Shown: positions 46,248-60,600, counted from the first letter of the stretch. The stretch: 64,000 nt of DNA from Flectonema sp. DT1601 (GCA_964019425.1 OZ025796.1:1116001-1180000); one strand, 5' to 3'. Translations and numbers: made by a program. Notes: generated by a model not told the origin, from the sequence alone.

Positions 46248-47027
46248 CCGTTTACTGCCATAAAAGAAGAACTCCAAAAAGAAGATCCTCAACCCCCCTC
46301 CCTTGATATTCCAGAGGAAAAAATAATTGAACATTTTAAAAACAATTATTGTGACAATGAAAAAAAAAAAACTGATTTCACCCATCCCTCTTTTTTACCT
46401 AAGTCTGACTACAAGACAATGGATGATATCCAGTTCCCGAGCTTCGAACAGTTTGGTATTCTCTTATCAAAGAAAAAAAACAAATGTGCCCCTGGTCCCA
46501 ATTGCATACCTTATGTTGTATGGAAAAAGGTCCCAACTTTTATGGAAGCACTTTACAAGGTATTAAAGAGAATTTTCGAACTCAAGGCCTATCCGGATAG
46601 TTGGGGCTTAGCATTTGTAACAATGCTCCCAAAGCCCAACTCCGATGGGAAAGACATCTCGAAAACGAGACCGATAGCTGTGGGCAACTGCGACGGGAAA
46701 ATTTTTAATACGGTTATTCAGGAAGCCGTCGCAAACCACACTCTTTCTAAATTTAATTTTCAAAAAGGCTTTAGGAAAGGTGTCTCTGGGTGTATCGAAC
46801 ATGCCACGATCACCTCAGAGATTTTTAAAGAAGTGAAAGCTCTCCGGAAAAACCTAACAATTGTCTGGGTGGATTTGGCAGATGCTTTCGGCTCAGTCAA
46901 ACATCAATTAATTTTCTTTGCTTTAAAATATTTCGGAATTCACGAAAGAATAATCGGTTTCTATAAAAGGTATTATTCCTCCATGCGCGTCCAAATCAGA
47001 GTTGGAGAAGGCCTGACGCCCACTATC

Positions 47028-47664
47028 ACTCATTGTTTTTTTTTTTTATTGTTCGACTTTGTTGACTAATTTCTATTTTCCGTTTTTTTTTTTTCTTTTT
47101 AAAAAATAAATAAAAAGAATTTAAAAAAAAAAAAAAAAAAAAGAATAAACAATGTTATCATTGTTTTTTTTTTCATCGATCGACTATGTCGATTACTTTC
47201 TATTTTCCGTCCTGGTCAAGACGCTAAACTGATTGTTTTTTTTCAAAATTAATAAAAAAGAATATAAAAAAAAAACAAAAACAAAAAGAATAAACAATGC
47301 TATCATTGTTTTTTTTTTATCGTTCGACTTTGTCGACTAATTTTTATTTTCCGTTTTTTTTTCTTTAAAAATAAATAAAAAGAAATTAAAAAAAAAAAAA
47401 AAAAAAAAGAATAAACAATGTTATCATTGTTTTTTTAGCGATCGACTATGTCGATCACTTTCTATTTTCCGTCCTGGTCAAGAAGCTAAACTGATTGTTT
47501 TTTCTTTAAAATAATAAAAAGGATTAAAAAAAAAAAAAAAAAAAAAAAAAAGAATAAACAATGTTATCATTGTTTTTTATCGATCGACTATGTCGATCAC
47601 TTTCTATTTTCCGTCCTGGTCAAGACGCTAAACTGATTGTTTTTTCTTTAAAAAATAATTAAAA

Positions 47665-47702
<38 letters not shown>

Positions 47703-47960
47703 TTAATCAATGTTATCATTGTTTTTTTTATCGATCGACTATGTCGATCACTTTCAATTTTCCGTCCTGGTCAGGACGCTAAACTGATTGTTTTTTCTTT
47801 AAAAATAAATGAAAAGAACAAAAAAAAAAAAAAAAAAAAAAGGAATAAACAATGTTATCATTGTTTTTTTTTTATCGATCGACTATGTCGATTACTTTCT
47901 ATTTTCCGTCCTGGTCAAGACGCTAAACTGATTGTTTTTTCTTTAAAATAATTAAAAGGG

Positions 47961-47991
<31 letters not shown>

Positions 47992-48512
47992 ATAAACAAT
48001 GTTATCATTGTTTTTTTTCTATCGATCGACTATGTCGATTAATTTCTATTTTCCGTCCTGATCGAGACGCTAAACTGATTGTTTCCTTTTTTTAAATAAT
48101 AAAAAAAAAAAAAAAAGAGCATCTCCCTGCTATCCTCATATCCCCACAATAATATTATACCTTTTCATTTTCTCTTTCCTTTTCTGGTCTTTTTTTTTCT
48201 TTTTTTCCTTTTTCATACAACGTTTTTTATTTATATATTTTTTTTTTTTTTTTTTTCATGTTTGATTATTTCCTCTTCATATTTTTTTTTTTCTATTCTT
48301 TCTTTTTTTTTTTTTTTTTTCTCTGCCTCTCTCTCAATTCTGTTCGTTTCTTTGAAACGAAAATTCATTTGAATATTATTCCTTGGTCAGCAACCATCAT
48401 TGTCGCCCTTTGGGCCTGTTAAAAAAAAAAATAAAAATAAAAAGAAAGTTTACATCGGGAATAGGGCAGGAGCCAAAAGCTCCCAGTCCGTTACTTCCCA
48501 CTTATCGAAATT
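47028..48512 (+). mobile_element. Family D insertion (satellite B plus fixed terminus) inside the RT domain
   Basis: Interrupts CCCACTATC|CCTTTTGAAG without a duplication and ends ...TTACTTCCCACTTATCGAAATT. Confidence 0.9.
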
Positions 48513-49890
48513 CCTTTTGAAGTTGGTGTCTTTCAAGGCTGCGTTTCCTCCCCAACCCTTTTTAATTTGGTATTCCAACTACTGCTCTTTTCCTTAGCAG
48601 TTCATCAACAGGAAGCCTACGAGTTTAACAATAAATCCCTCCAACTATTAGTTGCAGCTTTTGCTGATGATTTACAACTTACCACGTCATCAAAGGCGGG
48701 GGCAAAATTGCTAATCAAGTCGCTCGAACAGTTTCTTTCCTGGTCTCGTGGTATGAAAGCGAAACCCCAGAAATGCATTGCCCACAGCTTTGTACAAGGG
48801 AAACCAGCTAACCCGGACCTGAAGATTAACAATGTTCCGATTACGAATCTCCAGGAAGCTGGAGAGTTCAAATACCTCGGGCGTTGGTTTGAGCCGAACG
48901 CCAAAGAACAGAAATTGCGAGAGCGCCTGACCACTTTTACCAGGAATTTTTTAAAAAAAGTCGACGCCATGCCACTATATGGGTCTCAGAAGGCTTGGTC
49001 TGTCCAACACTTGTTATTGTCAAGGTTAACATGGAGTTTAATGATCCATGACTTATCTCTCCCTTTTGCCAAAAAAATGGACAAAATTATTAAACCTTTT
49101 TTGAAGAAATGGTGGGGATTTGTCCGCTCTGCGAACACAGTCATCCTTTTTACCGGTTCAAAGAACACTGTTGGTCTCAGACACAAAAGAGTTGAGACGC
49201 TATATAAACAAGCGCAATCAATTAAACTAGACATCCTCAGATCCTCACAGGACTCTGACATGCACGGTGTCTACAATGTTATTATGGAGAAATCGTCCAA
49301 CTGGTCGAAAAAGTTTTCAGCTTCTGCTGAGTGGGAGCGCCTTATTAAGTTTTTTTCTTACCGTTCTCTTGCGAAGCAATCAGCTGGTCTTGGTCACCGA
49401 TTGCGCGATCTACGTACTACTCGCCCCGATCTCCTTAAGCGTTTTGAAGTGGAAGCCACAGATGAACTACTGAACTCTTTGAATAAATTACAAGTCCAAG
49501 GTCAGTGGAAGGAGTGGTCTAAATGTATGATAAACGACTTCACCTGGAATAAGGTACTTAGGGAGGGAAATCCTGCCTATATCTCATTTCAACTGAAAGC
49601 GGTTACAAACACCCTCCCCTCACAAGATAATTTAAAGAGGTGGAACATCACCAATGTGGACCAAAATTGTGTTTTGTGTGGCAAAGTGAATCCTACCCTC
49701 AGGCATGTCTTAACAGGCTGTCCTGTCTCTTTAACACAAGGGAGGTTCACGTGGCGTCACGACAGCGTTCTAAAACGCATTGTTATCTTCTTGGAAGAGT
49801 TGATAATAAAAGCCAACAAAAGAAAAGAAAACCTCCCGCCTCCCTCTCAAACTTTTTTAAAAACAGGGGAAAATAAACCCCTAGAAAGAA

Positions 49891-49921
49891 TGATTGTTTT
49901 TTCTTTAAAACAATTAAAAAG

Positions 49922-49956
<35 letters not shown>

Positions 49957-50228
49957 AATAAACAATGTTATCATTGTTTTTTTTCTATCGATCAACTATG
50001 TCGATTAATTTCTATTTTCCGTCCTGATCGAGACGCTAAACTGATTGTTTCCTTTTTTTAAATAATAAATAAGAAAAAAAAAAAAAAAAAAAAAGAGCAT
50101 CTCCCTGCTATCCCTCATATCCCCACAATAATATTATACCTTTTCATTTTCTCTTTCCTTTTCTGGTCTTTTTTTTTTTCTTTTTTTTCCTTTTTCATAC
50201 AACGTTTTTTATTTATATATATATATAT
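49891..50228 (+). repeat. Partial family D segment
   Basis: Matches ~47925-48235 and ends in a (TA)n run. Confidence 0.8.
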
Positions 50229-50759
50229 CAGTCATTCCTTTTTTTTGCGAACAAATTCTGGACACTGAAAATTTTTTTCAAAAAAAAAATGTAAAAATTT
50301 CGATCGAAGCGGCATTTTAATGCGCTGCATCGTTGGGTTCATTTCCGTCCGAAATCGGGAGGTTGGCATCACATACTTCTCTCCCGAATTGAGAAAAGAG
50401 ATTTTGTGGTTTACTAAATCAGCTCAGCCGTGGACAAGTACCAAAACTAAAAATTACTCGAAGGGTCTAATTTTACACTGCTGGCCCAGCGGGATCCAGA
50501 GAAAAAACAATCGAGCAAAAATATATTAAAGAGTACTAAGCATGTGCCGGTGAGGCAGATTGTTACTACCTGTCTTTTTGTACCTACTTTGATACTTAAT
50601 GAAAACATTTTCTTTATATAGATGCAACATTTTCCTTACATAATTGCTACTAGGGTTGATTAGTTAGCAAAAAGGTGCATATCTCCTGAGTGCGGGAGAA
50701 GGAAAAAAAATAGTAAAAAAAAAAAAATTAGGGGTGTTTTTTACTCAGATTTTCTCAGA
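50229..50759. mobile_element. Possible one-ended Tc1/pogo-like element fragment
   Basis: Unique sequence beginning TA|CAGTCATTCC after (TA)n. No partner TIR was seen. Confidence 0.3.
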
Positions 50760-51651
50760 TAAACAATGTTATCATTGTTTTTTTATCGATCGACTATGTC
50801 GATCACTTTCTATTTTCCGTCCTGGTCAAGACGCAAAACTGATTGTTTTTTTTCAAAATTAATAAAAAAGAATACAAAAAAAAATAAAAAAAAAAGAATA
50901 AACAATGTTATCCTTGTTTTTTTTTTTATCGTTCGACTTTGTTGACTAATTTCTATTTTCCGTTTTTTTTTTTCTTTTTAAAAAATAAATAAAAAGAATT
51001 TAAAATAAAAAAAAAGAATAAACAATGTTATCATTGTCTTTTTTTTATCGATCGACTATGTCGATTACTTTCTATTTTCCGTCCTGGTCAAGACGCTAAA
51101 CTGATTGTTTTTTCTTTAAAAAAAAAAAAAAAACGATTTAAAAAAAAAAAAAAAAAGAATAAACAATGTTATCATTGTTTTTTTTTATCGATCGACTATG
51201 TCGATCACTTTCTATTTTCCGTCCTGGTCAAGACGCTAAATTGATTGTTTTTTTTTTCAAAATTAATAAAAAAGAATATAAAAAAAAATAAAAAAAAAAG
51301 AATAAACAATGTTATCATTGTTTTTTTTTTTATCGTTCGACTTTGTTGACTAATTTCTATTTTCCGTTTTTTTTTCTTTTTAAAAAATAAATAAAAAGAA
51401 TTTAAAAAAAAAAAAAAAAAGAGTAAACAATGTTATCATTGTTTTTTTTTATCGATCGACTATGTCGATTACTTTCTATTTTCCGTCCTGGTCAAGACGC
51501 TAAACTGATTGTTTTTTTTTCAAAATTATTAAAAAAGAATATAAAAAAAAACAAAAAAAAAAGAATAAACAATGTTATCATTGTTTTTTTTTTATATCGT
51601 TCGACTTTGTCGACTAATTTTTATTTTCCGTTTTTTTTCTTTAAAAATAAT
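50760..51651. repeat. Satellite B array
   Basis: Same motifs as the other satellite B arrays. Confidence 0.93.
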
Positions 51652-54600
51652 TGTTTCTTCATTTTTTTACATTAATAATTACATTTTGTTCAAAAAGAAA
51701 AAAAAAGAAAAAAGATTTCATATTAGAAACCAGGAAACTAGGTTAACACTTAGTTAAAATTAAGACCGGTTAGTCAGTTTAAGGTCTTGTCTAGGACCAA
51801 CATTCTTGTTTAACTTCAGTTATATTCATTTTACTTTTTATTGTTTCCCATCTACTTTTTATTTTCTATTAGTTCTGGTCAGAAACTCCTGGGCAGCAAG
51901 AAGGAAAGTAGTTAAGTACTTCTGGGTGTTTGGCATCACCCCCCATAGTGAGCAAGTACAACAGGTAGCATTGGTAGTCTGTTGATCCTGAGTGATCCCA
52001 GCTACAGTTTTGTTTTTCTTTCTTTTTTTTAGAAGAAGATCAGGACATTCAAGCACTGCTGGATAGTTGCTGAATGCAGGGCCTGCCTGTGGCATTATAA
52101 TAACAGGCTAAGTCATTTGTAGTTCATAGTTTACCTTTGATTTTATAACTTCACATAGGGTACTATGAACGATGAGAGATCCAGTGGGATCACTCAGGGT
52201 CTAGTAGAGACCACCAATGTTGTGCGTTGATAGGCAAGGTGACCAACCTTGACATTCTTTCTTTTCTCTCCTGTTGTGACAAACACAAAATACACACACA
52301 GCTTACAGTGTGTTCTTTGTGTATGTTTTCTTCAGGTGTGAGTAGTTTTTTTGTTCTTGCTCTTCAGGGAGGGCCTTAGCCAAAAGCTAACAGTCCAAAT
52401 CTCACCTGGTAAACTCAACTCAGTCTTTGTCAGTATTGGCATCAAACCTGTAATGGTTACATTAACTACCATTTCAACAGGTTATTTACTGAAATATTTG
52501 TTCTAAAAGTTGCTAAGTATCTCTCACTTAGAAATTTTTTTATTTTTTTATTTTCAGCTCAATTAGCTACAAAGTGTTTCTACTAAGTGTTTCTCACTTA
52601 GATTTTTTTTTTGCTTTTCAGCTCCTTAAAAGCTGCTAAGTATTTCTGCTAAGTGTTTCTCACTTAGAATCTTATTGTTATGTTCGTTTTCTATCCCTTC
52701 TCCTATCCCTTTTGTTCAAAAAAAGCGGGAGGAAATTCTCTCATTCATGCTAAGATGCACTCTGAACTTTGATTTTTTTGATCTGAGTGTGAGGGAATGA
52801 CCTGTTAGTGCATTGGGCATAAGCTGGGCTGCAGTTTAGATGTCTTAGGTGTTAATAAGGGGTTCCTCTTAGCATTTTTCTTTGTTACCACCTTATGATT
52901 TTCTTGAAGAAAAAAAATAGAAGTCATAATGGTGCTTCCCTCTGGAAGGGTTGTAAGCCATGGTGTCCAACTAAATTAAAGGACAAGTCTGGGATAATCC
53001 CTGCCAGAGGGGCGAGTATTCTACCATGGTTGAAATACTCTGGCAACTGATCTTCAATTTTATGTTGTTTGTTAGCTGCTGGTGTATCTCGATCATGTGT
53101 TGATACTTGCATTTTTTTTTTTATTTGTAATCTTTTACTACAATAACTCTTGCAATTATCTTTTCTTTTTTATTCTCTATCTGTTCTGGTCTGTTTCTTC
53201 ATTTTTTTACATTAATAATTACATTTTGTTCAAAAAGAAAAAAAAAGAAAAAAGATTTCATATTAGAAACCAGGAAACTAGGTTAACACTTAGTTAAAAT
53301 TAAGACCGGTTAGTCAGTTTAAGGTCTTGTCTAGGACCAACATTCTTGTTTAACTTCAGTTATATTCATTTTACTTTTTATTGTTTCCCATCTACTTTTT
53401 ATTTTCTATTAGTTCTGGTCAGAAACTCCTGGGCAGCAAGAAGGAAAGTAGTTAAGTACTCCTGGGTGTTTGGCATCACCCCCCATAGTGAGCAAGTACA
53501 ACAGGTAGCATTGGTAGTCTGTTGATCCTGAGTGATCCCAGCTACAGTTTTGTTTTTCTTTCTTTTTTTTAGAAGAAGATCAGGACATTCAAGCACTGCT
53601 GGATAGTTGCTGAATGCAGGGCCTGCCTGTGGCATTATAATAACAGGCTAAGTCATTTGTAGTTCATAGTTTACCTTTGATTTTATAACTTCACATAGGG
53701 TACTATGAACGATGAGAGATCCAGTGGGATCACTCAGGGTCTAGTAGAGACCACCAATGTTGTGCGTTGATAGGCAAGGTGACCAACCTTGACATTCTTT
53801 CTTTTCTCTCCTGTTGTGACAAACACAAAATACACACACAGCTTACAGTGTGTTCTTTGTGTATGTTTTCTTCAGGTGTGAGTAGTTTTTTTGTTCTTGC
53901 TCTTCAGGGAGGGCCTTAGCCAAAAGCTAACAGTCCAAATCTCACCTGGTAAACTCAACTCAGTCTTTGTCAGTATTGGCATCAAACCTGTAATGGTTAC
54001 ATTAACTACCATTTCAACAGGTTATTTACTGAAATATTTGTTCTAAAAGTTGCTAAGTATCTCTCACTTAGAAATTTTTTTATTTTTTTATTTTCAGCTC
54101 AATTAGCTACAAAGTGTTTCTACTAAGTGTTTCTCACTTAGATTTTTTTTTTGCTTTTCAGCTCCTTAAAAGCTGCTAAGTATTTCTGCTAAGTGTTTCT
54201 CACTTAGAATCTTATTGTTATGTTCGTTTTCTATCCCTTCTCCTATCCCTTTTGTTCAAAAAAAGCGGGAGGAAATTCTCTCATTCATGCTAAGATGCAC
54301 TCTGAACTTTGATTTTTTTGATCTGAGTGTGAGGGAATGACCTGTTAGTGCATTGGGCATAAGCTGGGCTGCAGTTTAGATGTCTTAGGTGTTAATAAGG
54401 GGTTCCTCTTAGCATTTTTCTTTGTTACCACCTTATGATTTTCTTGAAGAAAAAAAATAGAAGTCATAATGGTGCTTCCCTCTGGAAGGGTTGTAAGCCA
54501 TGGTGTCCAACTAAATTAAAGGACAAGTCTGGGATAATCCCTGCCAGAGGGGCGAGTATTCTACCATGGTTGAAATACTCTGGCAACTGATCTTCAATTT

Positions 54601-57600
54601 TATGTTGTTTGTTAGCTGCTGGTGTATCTCGATCATGTGTTGATACTTGCATTTTTTTTTTTATTTGTAATCTTTTACTACAATAACTCTTGCAATTATC
54701 TTTTCTTTTTTATTCTCTATCTGTTCTGGTCTGTTTCTTCATTTTTTTACATTAATAATTACATTTTGTTCAAAAAGAAAAAAAAAGAAAAAAGATTTCA
54801 TATTAGAAACCAGGAAACTAGGTTAACACTTAGTTAAAATTAAGACCGGTTAGTCAGTTTAAGGTCTTGTCTAGGACCAACATTCTTGTTTAACTTCAGT
54901 TATATTCATTTTACTTTTTATTGTTTCCCATCTACTTTTTATTTTCTATTAGTTCTGGTCAGAAACTCCTGGGCAGCAAGAAGGAAAGTAGTTAAGTACT
55001 CCTGGGTGTTTGGCATCACCCCCCATAGTGAGCAAGTACAACAGGTAGCATTGGTAGTCTGTTGATCCTGAGTGATCCCAGCTACAGTTTTGTTTTTCTT
55101 TCTTTTTTTTAGAAGAAGATCAGGACATTCAAGCACTGCTGGATAGTTGCTGAATGCAGGGCCTGCCTGTGGCATTATAATAACAGGCTAAGTCATTTGT
55201 AGTTCATAGTTTACCTTTGATTTTATAACTTCACATAGGGTACTATGAACGATGAGAGATCCAGTGGGATCACTCAGGGTCTAGTAGAGACCACCAATGT
55301 TGTGCGTTGATAGGCAAGGTGACCAACCTTGACATTCTTTCTTTTCTCTCCTGTTGTGACAAACACAAAATACACACACAGCTTACAGTGTGTTCTTTGT
55401 GTATGTTTTCTTCAGGTGTGAGTAGTTTTTTTGTTCTTGCTCTTCAGGGAGGGCCTTAGCCAAAAGCTAACAGTCCAAATCTCACCTGGTAAACTCAACT
55501 CAGTCTTTGTCAGTATTGGCATCAAACCTGTAATGGTTACATTAACTACCATTTCAACAGGTTATTTACTGAAATATTTGTTCTAAAAGTTGCTAAGTAT
55601 CTCTCACTTAGAAATTTTTTTATTTTTTTATTTTCAGCTCAATTAGCTACAAAGTGTTTCTACTAAGTGTTTCTCACTTAGATTTTTTTTTTGCTTTTCA
55701 GCTCCTTAAAAGCTGCTAAGTATTTCTGCTAAGTGTTTCTCACTTAGAATCTTATTGTTATGTTCGTTTTCTATCCCTTCTCCTATCCCTTTTGTTCAAA
55801 AAAAGCGGGAGGAAATTCTCTCATTCATGCTAAGATGCACTCTGAACTTTGATTTTTTTGATCTGAGTGTGAGGGAATGACCTGTTAGTGCATTGGGCAT
55901 AAGCTGGGCTGCAGTTTAGATGTCTTAGGTGTTAATAAGGGGTTCCTCTTAGCATTTTTCTTTGTTACCACCTTATGATTTTCTTGAAGAAAAAAAATAG
56001 AAGTCATAATGGTGCTTCCCTCTGGAAGGGTTGTAAGCCATGGTGTCCAACTAAATTAAAGGACAAGTCTGGGATAATCCCTGCCAGAGGGGCGAGTATT
56101 CTACCATGGTTGAAATACTCTGGCAACTGATCTTCAATTTTATGTTGTTTGTTAGCTGCTGGTGTATCTCGATCATGTGTTGATACTTGCATTTTTTTTT
56201 TTATTTGTAATCTTTTACTACAATAACTCTTGCAATTATCTTTTCTTTTTTATTCTCTATCTGTTCTGGTCTGTTTCTTCATTTTTTTACATTAATAATT
56301 ACATTTTGTTCAAAAAGAAAAAAAAAGAAAAAAGATTTCATATTAGAAACCAGGAAACTAGGTTAACACTTAGTTAAAATTAAGACCGGTTAGTCAGTTT
56401 AAGGTCTTGTCTAGGACCAACATTCTTGTTTAACTTCAGTTATATTCATTTTACTTTTTATTGTTTCCCATCTACTTTTTATTTTCTATTAGTTCTGGTC
56501 AGAAACTCCTGGGCAGCAAGAAGGAAAGTAGTTAAGTACTTCTGGGTGTTTGGCATCACCCCCCATAGTGAGCAAGTACAACAGGTAGCATTGGTAGTCT
56601 GTTGATCCTGAGTGATCCCAGCTACAGTTTTGTTTTTCTTTCTTTTTTTTAGAAGAAGATCAGGACATTCAAGCACTGCTGGATAGTTGCTGAATGCAGG
56701 GCCTGCCTGTGGCATTATAATAACAGGCTAAGTCATTTGTAGTTCATAGTTTACCTTTGATTTTATAACTTCACATAGGGTACTATGAACGATGAGAGAT
56801 CCAGTGGGATCACTCAGGGTCTAGTAGAGACCACCAATGTTGTGCGTTGATAGGCAAGGTGACCAACCTTGACATTCTTTCTTTTCTCTCCTGTTGTGAC
56901 AAACACAAAATACACACACAGCTTACAGTGTGTTCTTTGTGTATGTTTTCTTCAGGTGTGAGTAGTTTTTTTGTTCTTGCTCTTCAGGGAGGGCCTTAGC
57001 CAAAAGCTAACAGTCCAAATCTCACCTGGTAAACTCAACTCAGTCTTTGTCAGTATTGGCATCAAACCTGTAATGGTTACATTAACTACCATTTCAACAG
57101 GTTATTTACTGAAATATTTGTTCTAAAAGTTGCTAAGTATCTCTCACTTAGAAATTTTTTTATTTTTTTATTTTCAGCTCAATTAGCTACAAAGTGTTTC
57201 TACTAAGTGTTTCTCACTTAGATTTTTTTTTTGCTTTTCAGCTCCTTAAAAGCTGCTAAGTATTTCTGCTAAGTGTTTCTCACTTAGAATCTTATTGTTA
57301 TGTTCGTTTTCTATCCCTTCTCCTATCCCTTTTGTTCAAAAAAAGCGGGAGGAAATTCTCTCATTCATGCTAAGATGCACTCTGAACTTTGATTTTTTTG
57401 ATCTGAGTGTGAGGGAATGACCTGTTAGTGCATTGGGCATAAGCTGGGCTGCAGTTTAGATGTCTTAGGTGTTAATAAGGGGTTCCTCTTAGCATTTTTC
57501 TTTGTTACCACCTTATGATTTTCTTGAAGAAAAAAAATAGAAGTCATAATGGTGCTTCCCTCTGGAAGGGTTGTAAGCCATGGTGTCCAACTAAATTAAA

Positions 57601-60600
57601 GGACAAGTCTGGGATAATCCCTGCCAGAGGGGCGAGTATTCTACCATGGTTGAAATACTCTGGCAACTGATCTTCAATTTTATGTTGTTTGTTAGCTGCT
57701 GGTGTATCTCGATCATGTGTTGATACTTGCATTTTTTTTTTTATTTGTAATCTTTTACTACAATAACTCTTGCAATTATCTTTTCTTTTTTATTCTCTAT
57801 CTGTTCTGGTCTGTTTCTTCATTTTTTTACATTAATAATTACATTTTGTTCAAAAAGAAAAAAAAAGAAAAAAGATTTCATATTAGAAACCAGGAAACTA
57901 GGTTAACACTTAGTTAAAATTAAGACCGGTTAGTCAGTTTAAGGTCTTGTCTAGGACCAACATTCTTGTTTAACTTCAGTTATATTCATTTTACTTTTTA
58001 TTGTTTCCCATCTACTTTTTATTTTCTATTAGTTCTGGTCAGAAACTCCTGGGCAGCAAGAAGGAAAGTAGTTAAGTACTTCTGGGTGTTTGGCATCACC
58101 CCCCATAGTGAGCAAGTACAACAGGTAGCATTGGTAGTCTGTTGATCCTGAGTGATCCCAGCTACAGTTTTGTTTTTCTTTCTTTTTTTTAGAAGAAGAT
58201 CAGGACATTCAAGCACTGCTGGATAGTTGCTGAATGCAGGGCCTGCCTGTGGCATTATAATAACAGGCTAAGTCATTTGTAGTTCATAGTTTACCTTTGA
58301 TTTTATAACTTCACATAGGGTACTATGAACGATGAGAGATCCAGTGGGATCACTCAGGGTCTAGTAGAGACCACCAATGTTGTGCGTTGATAGGCAAGGT
58401 GACCAACCTTGACATTCTTTCTTTTCTCTCCTGTTGTGACAAACACAAAATACACACACAGCTTACAGTGTGTTCTTTGTGTATGTTTTCTTCAGGTGTG
58501 AGTAGTTTTTTTGTTCTTGCTCTTCAGGGAGGGCCTTAGCCAAAAGCTAACAGTCCAAATCTCACCTGGTAAACTCAACTCAGTCTTTGTCAGTATTGGC
58601 ATCAAACCTGTAATGGTTACATTAACTACCATTTCAACAGGTTATTTACTGAAATATTTGTTCTAAAAGTTGCTAAGTATCTCTCACTTAGAAATTTTTT
58701 TATTTTTTTATTTTCAGCTCAATTAGCTACAAAGTGTTTCTACTAAGTGTTTCTCACTTAGATTTTTTTTTTGCTTTTCAGCTCCTTAAAAGCTGCTAAG
58801 TATTTCTGCTAAGTGTTTCTCACTTAGAATCTTATTGTTATGTTCGTTTTCTATCCCTTCTCCTATCCCTTTTGTTCAAAAAAAGCGGGAGGAAATTCTC
58901 TCATTCATGCTAAGATGCACTCTGAACTTTGATTTTTTTGATCTGAGTGTGAGGGAATGACCTGTTAGTGCATTGGGCATAAGCTGGGCTGCAGTTTAGA
59001 TGTCTTAGGTGTTAATAAGGGGTTCCTCTTAGCATTTTTCTTTGTTACCACCTTATGATTTTCTTGAAGAAAAAAAATAGAAGTCATAATGGTGCTTCCC
59101 TCTGGAAGGGTTGTAAGCCATGGTGTCCAACTAAATTAAAGGACAAGTCTGGGATAATCCCTGCCAGAGGGGCGAGTATTCTACCATGGTTGAAATACTC
59201 TGGCAACTGATCTTCAATTTTATGTTGTTTGTTAGCTGCTGGTGTATCTCGATCATGTGTTGATACTTGCATTTTTTTTTTTATTTGTAATCTTTTACTA
59301 CAATAACTCTTGCAATTATCTTTTCTTTTTTATTCTCTATCTGTTCTGGTCTGTTTCTTCATTTTTTTACATTAATAATTACATTTTGTTCAAAAAGAAA
59401 AAAAAAGAAAAAAGATTTCATATTAGAAACCAGGAAACTAGGTTAACACTTAGTTAAAATTAAGACCGGTTAGTCAGTTTAAGGTCTTGTCTAGGACCAA
59501 CATTCTTGTTTAACTTCAGTTATATTCATTTTACTTTTTATTGTTTCCCATCTACTTTTTATTTTCTATTAGTTCTGGTCAGAAACTCCTGGGCAGCAAG
59601 AAGGAAAGTAGTTAAGTACTTCTGGGTGTTTGGCATCACCCCCCATAGTGAGCAAGTACAACAGGTAGCATTGGTAGTCTGTTGATCCTGAGTGATCCCA
59701 GCTACAGTTTTGTTTTTCTTTCTTTTTTTTAGAAGAAGATCAGGACATTCAAGCACTGCTGGATAGTTGCTGAATGCAGGGCCTGCCTGTGGCATTATAA
59801 TAACAGGCTAAGTCATTTGTAGTTCATAGTTTACCTTTGATTTTATAACTTCACATAGGGTACTATGAACGATGAGAGATCCAGTGGGATCACTCAGGGT
59901 CTAGTAGAGACCACCAATGTTGTGCGTTGATAGGCAAGGTGACCAACCTTGACATTCTTTCTTTTCTCTCCTGTTGTGACAAACACAAAATACACACACA
60001 GCTTACAGTGTGTTCTTTGTGTATGTTTTCTTCAGGTGTGAGTAGTTTTTTTGTTCTTGCTCTTCAGGGAGGGCCTTAGCCAAAAGCTAACAGTCCAAAT
60101 CTCACCTGGTAAACTCAACTCAGTCTTTGTCAGTATTGGCATCAAACCTGTAATGGTTACATTAACTACCATTTCAACAGGTTATTTACTGAAATATTTG
60201 TTCTAAAAGTTGCTAAGTATCTCTCACTTAGAAATTTTTTTATTTTTTTATTTTCAGCTCAATTAGCTACAAAGTGTTTCTACTAAGTGTTTCTCACTTA
60301 GATTTTTTTTTTGCTTTTCAGCTCCTTAAAAGCTGCTAAGTATTTCTGCTAAGTGTTTCTCACTTAGAATCTTATTGTTATGTTCGTTTTCTATCCCTTC
60401 TCCTATCCCTTTTGTTCAAAAAAAGCGGGAGGAAATTCTCTCATTCATGCTAAGATGCACTCTGAACTTTGATTTTTTTGATCTGAGTGTGAGGGAATGA
60501 CCTGTTAGTGCATTGGGCATAAGCTGGGCTGCAGTTTAGATGTCTTAGGTGTTAATAAGGGGTTCCTCTTAGCATTTTTCTTTGTTACCACCTTATGATT

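Larger units (their letters stand above)
44799..49890 (+). pseudogene. Third, fragmented copy of the HERO-like element (44799-45087, 46248-47027, 48513-49890)
   Basis: The segments match the reverse complement of ~34650-37092 and are split by an A and a D insertion. Confidence 0.94.

Noticed and set aside
51990..52030. Tandem array as a spliced-leader RNA gene cluster (AGCTACAGTTT resembles part of the diplonemid SL)
   Set aside because: Only ~11 nt match, and the CTGTACTTTATTG/GT exon end is absent.
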